From contig CAZTOS010000036.1 of assembly GCA_964615185.1 (NCBI GenBank), forward strand, positions 6,985 through 22,125: a stretch of 15,141 nucleotides of DNA. Reading direction: 5' to 3'. Numbering within the stretch: position 1 is the stretch's first letter; each line of letters opens with the position of its first letter. This DNA is from an uncultured Thermococci archaeon (GTDB taxonomy: Archaea > Methanobacteriota_B > Thermococci > Thermococcales > Thermococcaceae). Shown here in pieces: positions 1-8,602 of the stretch. The notes below the pieces were generated by a model, which saw nothing but the letters and a program-made list of their open reading frames with translations, was not told the origin of the DNA and made no database searches. The translations under genes were made by a program, and so were the position numbers.

Positions 1-55
1 AGGTCAGCCCATGCGAGTGTCCTCATCCATCGGGCGAAATCTCCGTCATCATCCC
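1..55 (-). ncRNA. C/D box methylation-guide sRNA, dual guide, probably targeting 16S rRNA
   Basis: Minus strand reads GGG-ATGATGA (C box, 46-52)-CGGAGATTTCGC (12-nt guide)-CCGA (D', 30-33)-TGG-ATGAGGA (C', 20-26)-CACTCGCATGGG (12-nt guide)-CTGA (D, 4-7)-CCT. This is the canonical archaeal C/D architecture with a short terminal stem. The 3' end may run past the window edge. Confidence 0.92.
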
Positions 56-77
56 AAGAATAATAGAAGAGAGGAAG

Positions 78-84
78 TTATAAA
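78..84 (-). promoter_or_regulatory. TATA box for the C/D sRNA
   Basis: TTTATAA on the minus strand about 23 nt upstream of the predicted sRNA 5' end. Confidence 0.65.
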
Positions 85-90
85 CCTACC

Positions 91-421
91 TCAGCCATAT
101 ACACTCTTAACGAGCTTCTCCCTATAGGATAAAACAGCCTTTATCTGTTCTTCGCTAACCTTTTTTGACATGCTGATTTCCTTATAAAGCCCCTCAAGCT
201 CTTTCAAAAGCCTTTCAATTTCAAGCCTTTTATCTTCACCTGCACCGTTAAGCTTTGCTGCTTCACTCGAAAGCTTCCCCCTCAAAAACGGCAGCACCTC
301 AAACGGACGGCCCATAAAAGCCCAATAAATTCCTTCTCTTAAAATTTCTCCCAAAATCTCTACTTCAGAATAGGCTTTTCTAATTTCTTTCCTAATTGGT
401 TTCGTACTCCCCCCTTACCAT
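91..421 (-). pseudogene. Small hypothetical protein gene with an apparent 1-nt frameshift near its 5' end (or an intact 87-aa CDS from TTG 354)
   Basis: ATG at 421 has a GGTGG SD and an upstream BRE/TATA-like CCAAAAAGTATAATA (454-468) but stops after MVRGEYETN. The 91-354 frame is open upstream (IRKEIRKAYSEVEIL) to a TAA at 415-417. Removing one base gives a 109-aa protein. Confidence 0.5.
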
Positions 422-850
422 GGAAACCACCGCTAAAGGATAAGCCGGTTGTTTATTATACTTTTTGGCGAATTTGTTGTCAGATATTCAATGCATAGGA
501 AGATAGGAAGAAAAAAGACAAAATTTCGGAGTGAATAATGAGCATGATTGTCAGATTTTCATGCGAGTGCTAATAATGCTAAGACGATTGCGATTGGTGC
601 TATGTGGGCAAGTATTATTTTTGTCTTGTTCATTATCCTCACCTCGAGGGAATGTTCATTCTTAGGCATTGTCATGGGTTTATAAGCTTTACGTTTGTAA
701 AGTTGTCAAACTGTGCAAAAACTTTCGAGAAATATCAATTATGCCAAAAAACTGTTGTTAAAAATTGTTTTGCATTGAAACCCAGACAGTTGATTTATTT
801 TTCATGAATTCGTCATTCTCTGAGGGATTTCACGGGCTTCCAATTTGTAT

Positions 851-2370
<1,520 letters not shown>

Positions 2371-2379
2371 AAAGAAAAG

Positions 2380-4521
2380 TTACTCTCCAAGAAGCCTTGG
2401 AAGCGAACCATAAATTTTTCTCCCTTCTTTTACACTTACCCTAATTAATTCATCTCCATTGCTCTTAAACACCATTTCTCTGCCTTTAACTTCCCCTATA
2501 ACTGCAAAGTCTTTGAAAATTTCCCTGAGCTTTTCAAGGTTTTCTTTTTCAAAGCTGACTATAAATCTTGCTTGAGTTTCTGAAAACAGCACTTCTAAGG
2601 GAGAGAGCTTTGCTTCCACTGGAACTTTACTTATGTCAACCTCAAACCCCAATCCGCTCGCTATTGCCATCTCAGCTAAAGCTATTGCTAAACCTCCTTT
2701 GCTTACGTCATGGACAGCTTTTACTAATCCATGCTCGATTGCCTTCAAAATCCCTTCAATGTTCTTCTTTTCCTTATCAAGGTTAACTTTTGGAGCGATT
2801 CCATCTTCAATGCCCAAAATCCTATAGAGTTCGCTTCCCCCCAATTTCTTCTTTGTTACTCCAACAACGGCAATGAGATCTCCCTCATCCTTAAAGTCCA
2901 TAGTTGTGATGTGCTCAAGCTTGACCTTTCCTAAAGCAGCAACTACTGGAGTTGGCTTTACCGGTTTGTTGCCAACCTCATTGTAAAAGCTCACGTTACC
3001 GCTAACATAAGCTAATCCAAAAGCATTTGCCGCATCTCTGAGCCCTTTGATCGTCTCGATGAAACTCCAATACACCTCAGGCCTCTCTGGGGATGCAAAG
3101 TTTAAGTTATCAACTAAAGCTAAAGGTTTAGCACCAACGGAAGCCAGGTTTCTTATAGCCTCAACAACACAGGTCATTGCACCGTGGTAAGGGTTCAGGT
3201 AGCAGTAGCTTGGATTTCCATCGCTCACAAAAGCTAATCCATATTCATCGTTTATTTTCAGCACAGCCGCATCCAGACCGGGCTTTAGAACTGTCCTTCC
3301 TTGAACCTCATGGTCATACTGCCTGTAGACCCACTCTTTGCTTAATATGTTTGGGCTTGAGAGAACTTTAAGAAAAGCATCTTGTGGAGCGATTTCAGGA
3401 GTTCGGACATCTTTTTCAACAGTATACGGCTTGGCCTCCCACTCTATTATTGGAACTTCTGTGAGCAGATTAATTGGCAAATCAGCGACTTTTTCTTTGC
3501 CCCAATAAACAATGTATCTTGGCTCATCAATTATCTCTCCAACAACAGTCCACTCAAGTTCGTACTTTTCAAAAATCTTTGTTATCTCCTCCAAATCCTC
3601 CTTTTTGATAGCGAAAAGCATTCTCTCTTGACTCTCTGAAATCATTACTTCCATGGCATTCATGTTCGGCTCTCTCTGTGGCACTCTATCTGCATAAATG
3701 ACTGCACCAAAGCCTTTCTTTCCAGCCATTTCTGAGGATGCACAAGTTAGGCCTCCGCCGCCTAAATCTTTGAGAGCTTTGACTTTACCAGTCTTTACTG
3801 CCTCAAGGGTTGCTTCAATTAAAAGTTTTTCAGTGAAAGGATCAGGGATCTGCACAGCGGAGCGGTCCTCTTCTTCGGCATTTTCGCTGAGCTCCTCACT
3901 TGCAAAAGTCACTCCATGAATGCCATCTCTTCCAGTTTTGTTCCCAACTAAAACCAAAAGCAGACCGCTCTCAGTTACATAGCTGTGGACTAACTCATCG
4001 GGGTGCATTATGCCAATGCATGCAACATTCACCAATGTATAGCTGTCCAAGCTCTCGTCAAACTCCGTTTCGCCGCCAACAGTAGGGACTCCTATCCTGT
4101 TTCCATAGTCGGCTATTCCCTTAACAACATACTCAAACAAATAGCGGTTGCGCTCTTTCTCCAATGGGCCAAAGCGTATTGGGTCGAGCAGAGCTATTGG
4201 TCTAGCTCCCATGCACAGAATGTCTCTCACAATTCCGCCAACGCCTGTAGCAGCGCCTCCATAAGGCTCAACAGCTGAAGGGTGATTGTGACTTTCGATT
4301 CCAACGACTATTGCAGTATTCTCATCGAACTTTATAACTCCAGCATCTTCTCCGGGGCCCAGAATTACGTGCTCGTTCTTGGTAGGTAAGAGCTTTAGCC
4401 ACTTACGGCTTGACTTATATGAGGCATGCTCACTCCACATTACTTCGATCATGGCTTTTTCCACTTCGTTAGGGTCTCTTCCAAGCTTTTCGCGGATAAA
4501 TTTTTCTTCGTGAGGGAACAT
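2380..4521 (-). CDS. purL: Phosphoribosylformylglycinamidine synthase subunit PurL (small form, 713 aa)
   Basis: WSEHASYKSS, ESHNHPSAVEPYGGAATGVGG, DLGGGGL, SESQERM, SGNVSFYNE, HDVSKGGL motifs. Start moved to ATG 4521, which has SD GAGGTGA at 4527-4533. Confidence 0.97.
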   Translation of the reverse strand: MFPHEEKFIREKLGRDPNEVEKAMIEVMWSEHASYKSSRKWLKLLPTKNEHVILGPGEDAGVIKFDENTAIVVGIESHNHPSAVEPYGGAATGVGGIVRDILCMGARPIALLDPIRFGPLEKERNRYLFEYVVKGIADYGNRIGVPTVGGETEFDESLDSYTLVNVACIGIMHPDELVHSYVTESGLLLVLVGNKTGRDGIHGVTFASEELSENAEEEDRSAVQIPDPFTEKLLIEATLEAVKTGKVKALKDLGGGGLTCASSEMAGKKGFGAVIYADRVPQREPNMNAMEVMISESQERMLFAIKKEDLEEITKIFEKYELEWTVVGEIIDEPRYIVYWGKEKVADLPINLLTEVPIIEWEAKPYTVEKDVRTPEIAPQDAFLKVLSSPNILSKEWVYRQYDHEVQGRTVLKPGLDAAVLKINDEYGLAFVSDGNPSYCYLNPYHGAMTCVVEAIRNLASVGAKPLALVDNLNFASPERPEVYWSFIETIKGLRDAANAFGLAYVSGNVSFYNEVGNKPVKPTPVVAALGKVKLEHITTMDFKDEGDLIAVVGVTKKKLGGSELYRILGIEDGIAPKVNLDKEKKNIEGILKAIEHGLVKAVHDVSKGGLAIALAEMAIASGLGFEVDISKVPVEAKLSPLEVLFSETQARFIVSFEKENLEKLREIFKDFAVIGEVKGREMVFKSNGDELIRVSVKEGRKIYGSLPRLLGE

Positions 4522-4537
4522 GAGAATCACCTCTCTT

Positions 4538-4599
4538 ATTGTCAGAAATATGTAAAAATTCAAAGCTTTTAAGGTTTATTTTGACAGAAAAATGTTAAA
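4538..4599 (-). promoter_or_regulatory. purL promoter: TATA flanked by two 20-bp palindromic boxes
   Basis: Plus-strand boxes ATTGTCAG-AAAT-ATGTAAAA (4538-4557) and TTTGACAG-AAAA-ATGTTAAA (4580-4599), with minus-strand ATAAACCTTAAAAG between them. Same layout as upstream of purD. Confidence 0.7.
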
Positions 4600-4625
4600 A
4601 CATTACACCTCTAAATTTGATTTAT

Positions 4626-5855
4626 CTAGGATTTCTTTCTAAAATAATGCATTACAAAACAAAATGCAAATAAAGCTATGATTATTTCTAGGATACCTGC
4701 TGCAAGAAGCACAAAGTTAACTCCCATTCTATCTGCAAGCATTCCACCCACCCCTATTGAAATAAGAGAGAAAGCTGAAACTATGAAGTACTCGAATGAC
4801 AAAACCCTTCCCAAAAAGTTTGATGGAACAATTTTTTGAAATAATGTCTCTAAGGAAATATTGATGACACTATTTGCAATACCATTGAAGATTGCTATGG
4901 CAGCCGCTAGAGGTAAATAATGTACTTGGCTCCACATTATAGGAGCCAATGCGGTCATAAAGAGGCCCAAAATAAATGTTATATCATCGGAGAATCTATC
5001 TCCTACGAGACTCATGAGAAAACTCCCAATGAAAAATCCCGCACCAAGAGCTGTAAGCAACACACCATAGCTAACTTCAGCTGAAGTCGCTAGATTTGAG
5101 GAATAAGGAACTAAAAGCACGTTTATTATTCCCCCACCTATCATAATCCCACCTGAGATCAGAAGGAGCATGAATACAGATTTAGATGTCCTAACAAACG
5201 CTAACCCTAATTTTATCTCCTCCAGAAAGTTTCTGTCTTGGTCAAAATTTAACTCCTCAGTTATATCTATTTTTGTAATAAGTACAGCTGAAATTCCAAA
5301 GATTATGCTCGCCAAAAGGGGCATGTATTCTCTCCCAATTGCAAGGATTATTATAGAGGCAAGTGTGGGACCTAATGTATCTATTAGATCATCTGCTAGA
5401 GTCAGAAATGAATTAGCTGTTTTTAGCTGTTCAGTTTTAACTATTGAAGGGATTATTGCAGAGCGGGCAGTTCCAAAAAATAATGAGCAGGCATCAAGCA
5501 AAAATGTCACCAAATATAAATACAGCAGAAGGTAGATACTAAAAGAGAACTTAAAAACAGTAGCAATTGACAAAACAAAAATAGCTTTGAAAAGAGTTGA
5601 AAGTACCATAACTTTTTTTCTACCATATCTATCCACGATTACCCCTACTATTGGTGAAAGCAGTAAAAGCGATAACGTTTTTGCTATAAAGACTCCAGAG
5701 GTATTTGCTGTAGATAATTGATTGTAGATGTAAAATACTACACCAATAAAGAAGAGATATTCAGCAATTCGTGAGATTAGCTGATTGCTTAGGAGATAAA
5801 GGAAATTTTTCTGTGTAAGGAGTTCTTTTTTGGAAGTTGAATTTACAATTTCCAT
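4626..5855 (-). CDS. MFS transporter (H+-antiporter/MefA-like exporter), 409 aa
   Basis: Many hydrophobic segments consistent with 12 TM; MFS motif A GVIVDRYGRKK; PSNFLGRVLS; GGMLADRMG. Start at ATG 5855 with SD GGAGG at 5865-5869 (the track start 5897 lies inside the upstream gene). Confidence 0.9.
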   Translation of the reverse strand: MEIVNSTSKKELLTQKNFLYLLSNQLISRIAEYLFFIGVVFYIYNQLSTANTSGVFIAKTLSLLLLSPIVGVIVDRYGRKKVMVLSTLFKAIFVLSIATVFKFSFSIYLLLYLYLVTFLLDACSLFFGTARSAIIPSIVKTEQLKTANSFLTLADDLIDTLGPTLASIIILAIGREYMPLLASIIFGISAVLITKIDITEELNFDQDRNFLEEIKLGLAFVRTSKSVFMLLLISGGIMIGGGIINVLLVPYSSNLATSAEVSYGVLLTALGAGFFIGSFLMSLVGDRFSDDITFILGLFMTALAPIMWSQVHYLPLAAAIAIFNGIANSVINISLETLFQKIVPSNFLGRVLSFEYFIVSAFSLISIGVGGMLADRMGVNFVLLAAGILEIIIALFAFCFVMHYFRKKS

Positions 5856-5874
5856 AATTTCAGCCCTCCAGATT

Positions 5875-6837
5875 TTATGGAGATAAACTATACTCATAAA
5901 TCCGTTTTAAAATTGGTTTATAACCTAGTTTGAATTTAGTAATAGAATGCCCCTCACTATTTTCTGGTGGAGCATTTACCATATTGTACTCTTTGTAGTT
6001 ATTTTTAATTCCATATTTAATAACGCTCCATTGAATTGCATTTGCTGGCCTATAATATGAGTACTCCCTATCCATATTGCCCAATGGGTAACCTAAAACA
6101 CTGTTATATGTGGTGATATACGCAAAAGCAACAACTTTTCCATCAACTTTTGCTAAAAATACCTTTAAATAGCCGTTTTTTATTGATTTTTCAGTTACTT
6201 GAGATAATATTGCCTTATCGGACATCAAACTCCCAATTTTTTTCTTGTCAATTAAATGTTCTATGTTACCAATAGAAAATTTGTTCTCTTTAATAATAAC
6301 TTTGGTGCCTCTTTTCTCTGCCTGCCGTATTGCCCTTCTAGTTGAACTTTTTAGAGAATTAAATATTTCGTTTTCATTTCTCCCCTTGAGTATTATAATT
6401 GGGGTCTGTATTTCTGTTGGGTATAATCCCAGCTTTCTGAGTGCAACATTTAGCAGGATATTTTCTTCTGTTGTGTATATTCTTAGTAGATAATAATCAA
6501 ACTTCTTTGATGAAAAATCTAAAAAGTTTATAAGTGCATTAATGCCATTCTTTACCAAATTACAGTTATTAGAAAAGATTTCTATGCCAGAACCATAAAC
6601 ACCCCCAATCTCCTCCAATACATATTTTTTCCCGTTAAGTTCTTCCATCATGATTTTGCTTTGAATCATAATTATAGGTCCATTTCTATTTTCAATAACT
6701 AATCGCCTTGGTTTTATCCATCTTTTTTCAGACTCAGCGTCTAGACAAGAGTAATAGTTCCATGATTTGTGTCTGTTTGTGGCTTTAACATACTCTTCCC
6801 ATTCACTCTTTTCTGCTTCACGAACTCTTAAAGTCAT
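5875..6837 (-). CDS. FemAB/FemX-like GNAT-fold transferase, 320 aa
   Basis: IFNSLKSSTRRAIRQAEKRG, VFLAKVDGKVVA, YRPANAIQWSVIKYG and ITKFKLGY match recalled FemAB/Acetyltransf_6 patterns. True start ATG 6837 follows SD GGAGGAGGT (6841-6849). The track's 29-aa N-terminal extension is translated T-rich intergenic DNA. Confidence 0.8.
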   Translation of the reverse strand: MTLRVREAEKSEWEEYVKATNRHKSWNYYSCLDAESEKRWIKPRRLVIENRNGPIIMIQSKIMMEELNGKKYVLEEIGGVYGSGIEIFSNNCNLVKNGINALINFLDFSSKKFDYYLLRIYTTEENILLNVALRKLGLYPTEIQTPIIILKGRNENEIFNSLKSSTRRAIRQAEKRGTKVIIKENKFSIGNIEHLIDKKKIGSLMSDKAILSQVTEKSIKNGYLKVFLAKVDGKVVAFAYITTYNSVLGYPLGNMDREYSYYRPANAIQWSVIKYGIKNNYKEYNMVNAPPENSEGHSITKFKLGYKPILKRIYEYSLSP

Positions 6838-6850
6838 TTTACCTCCTCCA

Positions 6851-6889
6851 AAAATAATAAAGAAATAATAAAAAAGAAAAGGTAAAGAT
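6851..6889 (-). terminator. Oligo-T terminator/attenuator-like tract after the peptide gene
   Basis: Minus strand ATCTTTACCTTTTCTTTTTTATTATTTCTTTATTATTTT directly follows the peptide stop codon. Oligo-T runs act as intrinsic terminators in Thermococcales. Confidence 0.5.
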
Positions 6890-7003
6890 TCAAAGGTAGG
6901 TATTTTTGCACTGTCCCATGCCATTCTTTATTGTCATCAAGGTATAGGTTTTGTCCTTTTCATTCTCCTCTTCAACTTTTGGAGGCTTGTAGACTTTCTT
7001 CAT
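6890..7003 (-). CDS. Putative RiPP precursor peptide, 37 aa: MKKVYKPPKVEEENEKDKTYTLMTIKNGMGQCKNTYL
   Basis: Not in the ORF track; translated by hand. ATG 7001-7003 overlaps the radical SAM stop (ATGA). Strong SD GGAGGTGA at 7010-7017, 6 nt from the ATG. N-terminal YKPPKV fits the YxxPx(L/V) RRE-recognition motif. TGA at 6890-6892. Confidence 0.85.
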   Translation of the reverse strand: MKKVYKPPKVEEENEKDKTYTLMTIKNGMGQCKNTYL

Positions 7004-8421
7004 GCAGCATCACCTCCTTTTTGTTGTAGAATACCCATGAGAGATAGGTTATTTACAAAAAAGCATATATCCTCTAAGACAACACGTTTATCAAGTCCTT
7101 CACTTTCTAGTTCAGCTACTAACCATTCTGCAATATTTTCAGGGGTCATTCCCTCTTCTATTTTCTTGATAACCAACTCTCCCGTATGATTAACTTGTTT
7201 ATATTTCCTAAAAATTGGATCATATACATAAAGAGCCCCATTTTTTGTAAGTATCTTATCGTTATTTATATGGAATCTTCTATTCTTAATACTCTGAATG
7301 AACCTTAATTTTTGTTTGACTACTTCCTGACATTCCCTTACATTGATTTGATTGTAATATCTAAATGGACACTGAATACAAGTATCCCTAAAAGAGCATA
7401 GAACACATGGGCTACGATTTGCTCTGCCAAATTTTTCTTTAAACTCTAGAAAGCTTAGGAAATACTCAGAGTTCAGGACCTCCTCTACAGAAGTGACATT
7501 TTTTATATTAATATCCTCTAGTTTTAATAAGCCATTTTGTATGGGTTTAGTGTTGTAAAATGGATTATCTGCCATTCCACAGGGATGAAGAGTGCCATCA
7601 GCCTCCATTAACCAATGAATTGTCCCTGCACCACATCCAACATTCCGCGGGTGAATTGCCAAATCAAGATCATATTTTTTGTTTAGATACTCACCTAATG
7701 AGGGCAGGGTATCTATTTGAATGGTAACATCATGTAGTTTATCCCTGTTTTTCCAGCAACTTTTTGCAAGTTCTTCATATGCAAATATCCTTTCCTCATC
7801 ACTATAGTATAGATTATCCCGATTAGTAAGTGCATCTCCAGATATGTATAAATCCATCACACCTAAAGCATCAATGCCTAATTGTATTGCAAGACCTACT
7901 AACTTATCCATTTGATGAAGGTTGTATTTTGTTAAAGTAAATGCTATTCCAATTTTTATAGGGGACTGGTACTCTTCTTTAATTTCTTTGAATAATTTTA
8001 TGTTTTTTATAACCCTTTGGAATGTTCCTTTCCCTCTAATCTTATCATTCACCTCTTCCGTGGCACCATCTAAGCTAAATACAAATTGAGAGACTCCCAA
8101 TTCAATTAAACGTTTGATCTTATCTACATTAAGTAAAATTCCATTACTATTGATAGTAACTTCCATTTCATAATTTCTGGCATATTCTATTAATTCAAAC
8201 AAATCATGCCTAACAAGAGGTTCTCCTCCTAGCAAGTGTATATGCCTAAAGCCAAATTTGCTGATTTTTTCTATTGCTTCTTTTGCTTCTTCAGTTGTTA
8301 GTTCATTTTTAATGCCTGTACGTGGATACTTTACTGTGTTGTAACAATGTATACATCTTAAATTACATTTGGAGGTTATATCCCACAGGAGTGTTTTTAA
8401 ATCTACATGATGTTTACCCAT
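7000..8421 (-). CDS. Radical SAM/SPASM maturase with C-terminal PqqD/RRE domain, 473 aa
   Basis: CNLRCIHC (C19/C23/C26), GGEP, SLDG and DKIRGKGTF core motifs. SPASM Cys at C263-x12-G-x4-C281 and C339-x2-C342-x5-C348-x2-C351-x12-C364. The C-terminal ~90 aa (VNHTGELVIKKIEEGMTPENIAEWL...DICFFVNNLSLMGIL) follow the PqqD pattern. Confidence 0.92.
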   Translation of the reverse strand: MGKHHVDLKTLLWDITSKCNLRCIHCYNTVKYPRTGIKNELTTEEAKEAIEKISKFGFRHIHLLGGEPLVRHDLFELIEYARNYEMEVTINSNGILLNVDKIKRLIELGVSQFVFSLDGATEEVNDKIRGKGTFQRVIKNIKLFKEIKEEYQSPIKIGIAFTLTKYNLHQMDKLVGLAIQLGIDALGVMDLYISGDALTNRDNLYYSDEERIFAYEELAKSCWKNRDKLHDVTIQIDTLPSLGEYLNKKYDLDLAIHPRNVGCGAGTIHWLMEADGTLHPCGMADNPFYNTKPIQNGLLKLEDINIKNVTSVEEVLNSEYFLSFLEFKEKFGRANRSPCVLCSFRDTCIQCPFRYYNQINVRECQEVVKQKLRFIQSIKNRRFHINNDKILTKNGALYVYDPIFRKYKQVNHTGELVIKKIEEGMTPENIAEWLVAELESEGLDKRVVLEDICFFVNNLSLMGILQQKGGDAA

Positions 8422-8472
8422 ATTATCACTTTCAATCTGTTCTCTTTTATTATTATATCACAAAGTAACCTG

Positions 8473-8487
8473 TATTTAAATTTTTCG
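8473..8487 (-). promoter_or_regulatory. BRE-TATA promoter for the radical SAM operon
   Basis: Minus strand CGAAAAA-TTTAAATA about 50 nt upstream of ATG 8421. Weak SD AGTGAT just upstream of the ATG. Confidence 0.65.
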
Positions 8488-8602
8488 GTTTTGTCATTTT
8501 GAACACCGAGAGGTATTTAATTTTTTTAAAAAAGCATGCCACTAGAAAGCCCATTTTAACAAATTCACAATTTTTAATGAAGTAAAACTTCGAAAAGTAA
8601 TT

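Noticed and set aside
604..807. 67-aa plus-strand ORF in the guaB upstream gap
   Set aside because: GTG start with at best a weak SD-like GGTG, Cys/Phe-rich non-protein-like composition, and no recognisable motif.
6838..6924. 29-aa N-terminal extension of the GNAT ORF (MAWDSAKIPTFESLPFLFYYFFIIFGGGK), superficially a signal or TM segment
   Set aside because: It is the translation of a T-rich intergenic tract and the SD, and it overlaps the precursor gene. The SD-supported start is ATG 6837.
6890..8421. Assignment as a PQQ, mycofactocin, lasso peptide or spliceotide cluster
   Set aside because: The peptide lacks ExxxY (it has E-x4-Y), a C-terminal VY, and a YG motif. No PqqB/C, MftD/E, lasso cyclase or leader peptidase genes are present.
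8453..8554. 33-aa minus-strand ORF upstream of the rSAM (MGFLVACFFKKIKYLSVFKMTKPKNLNTGYFVI) as an alternative precursor
   Set aside because: No SD, it runs through T6/A7 homopolymers and the operon's BRE-TATA, and it has no RRE leader motif.
8555..8574. TTTAACAA half-site upstream of the RiPP operon (and ATGTTAAA at 13824-13831) as pur boxes
   Set aside because: Only one half matches, with no complementary half at the N4 spacing. Expected by chance in AT-rich DNA.
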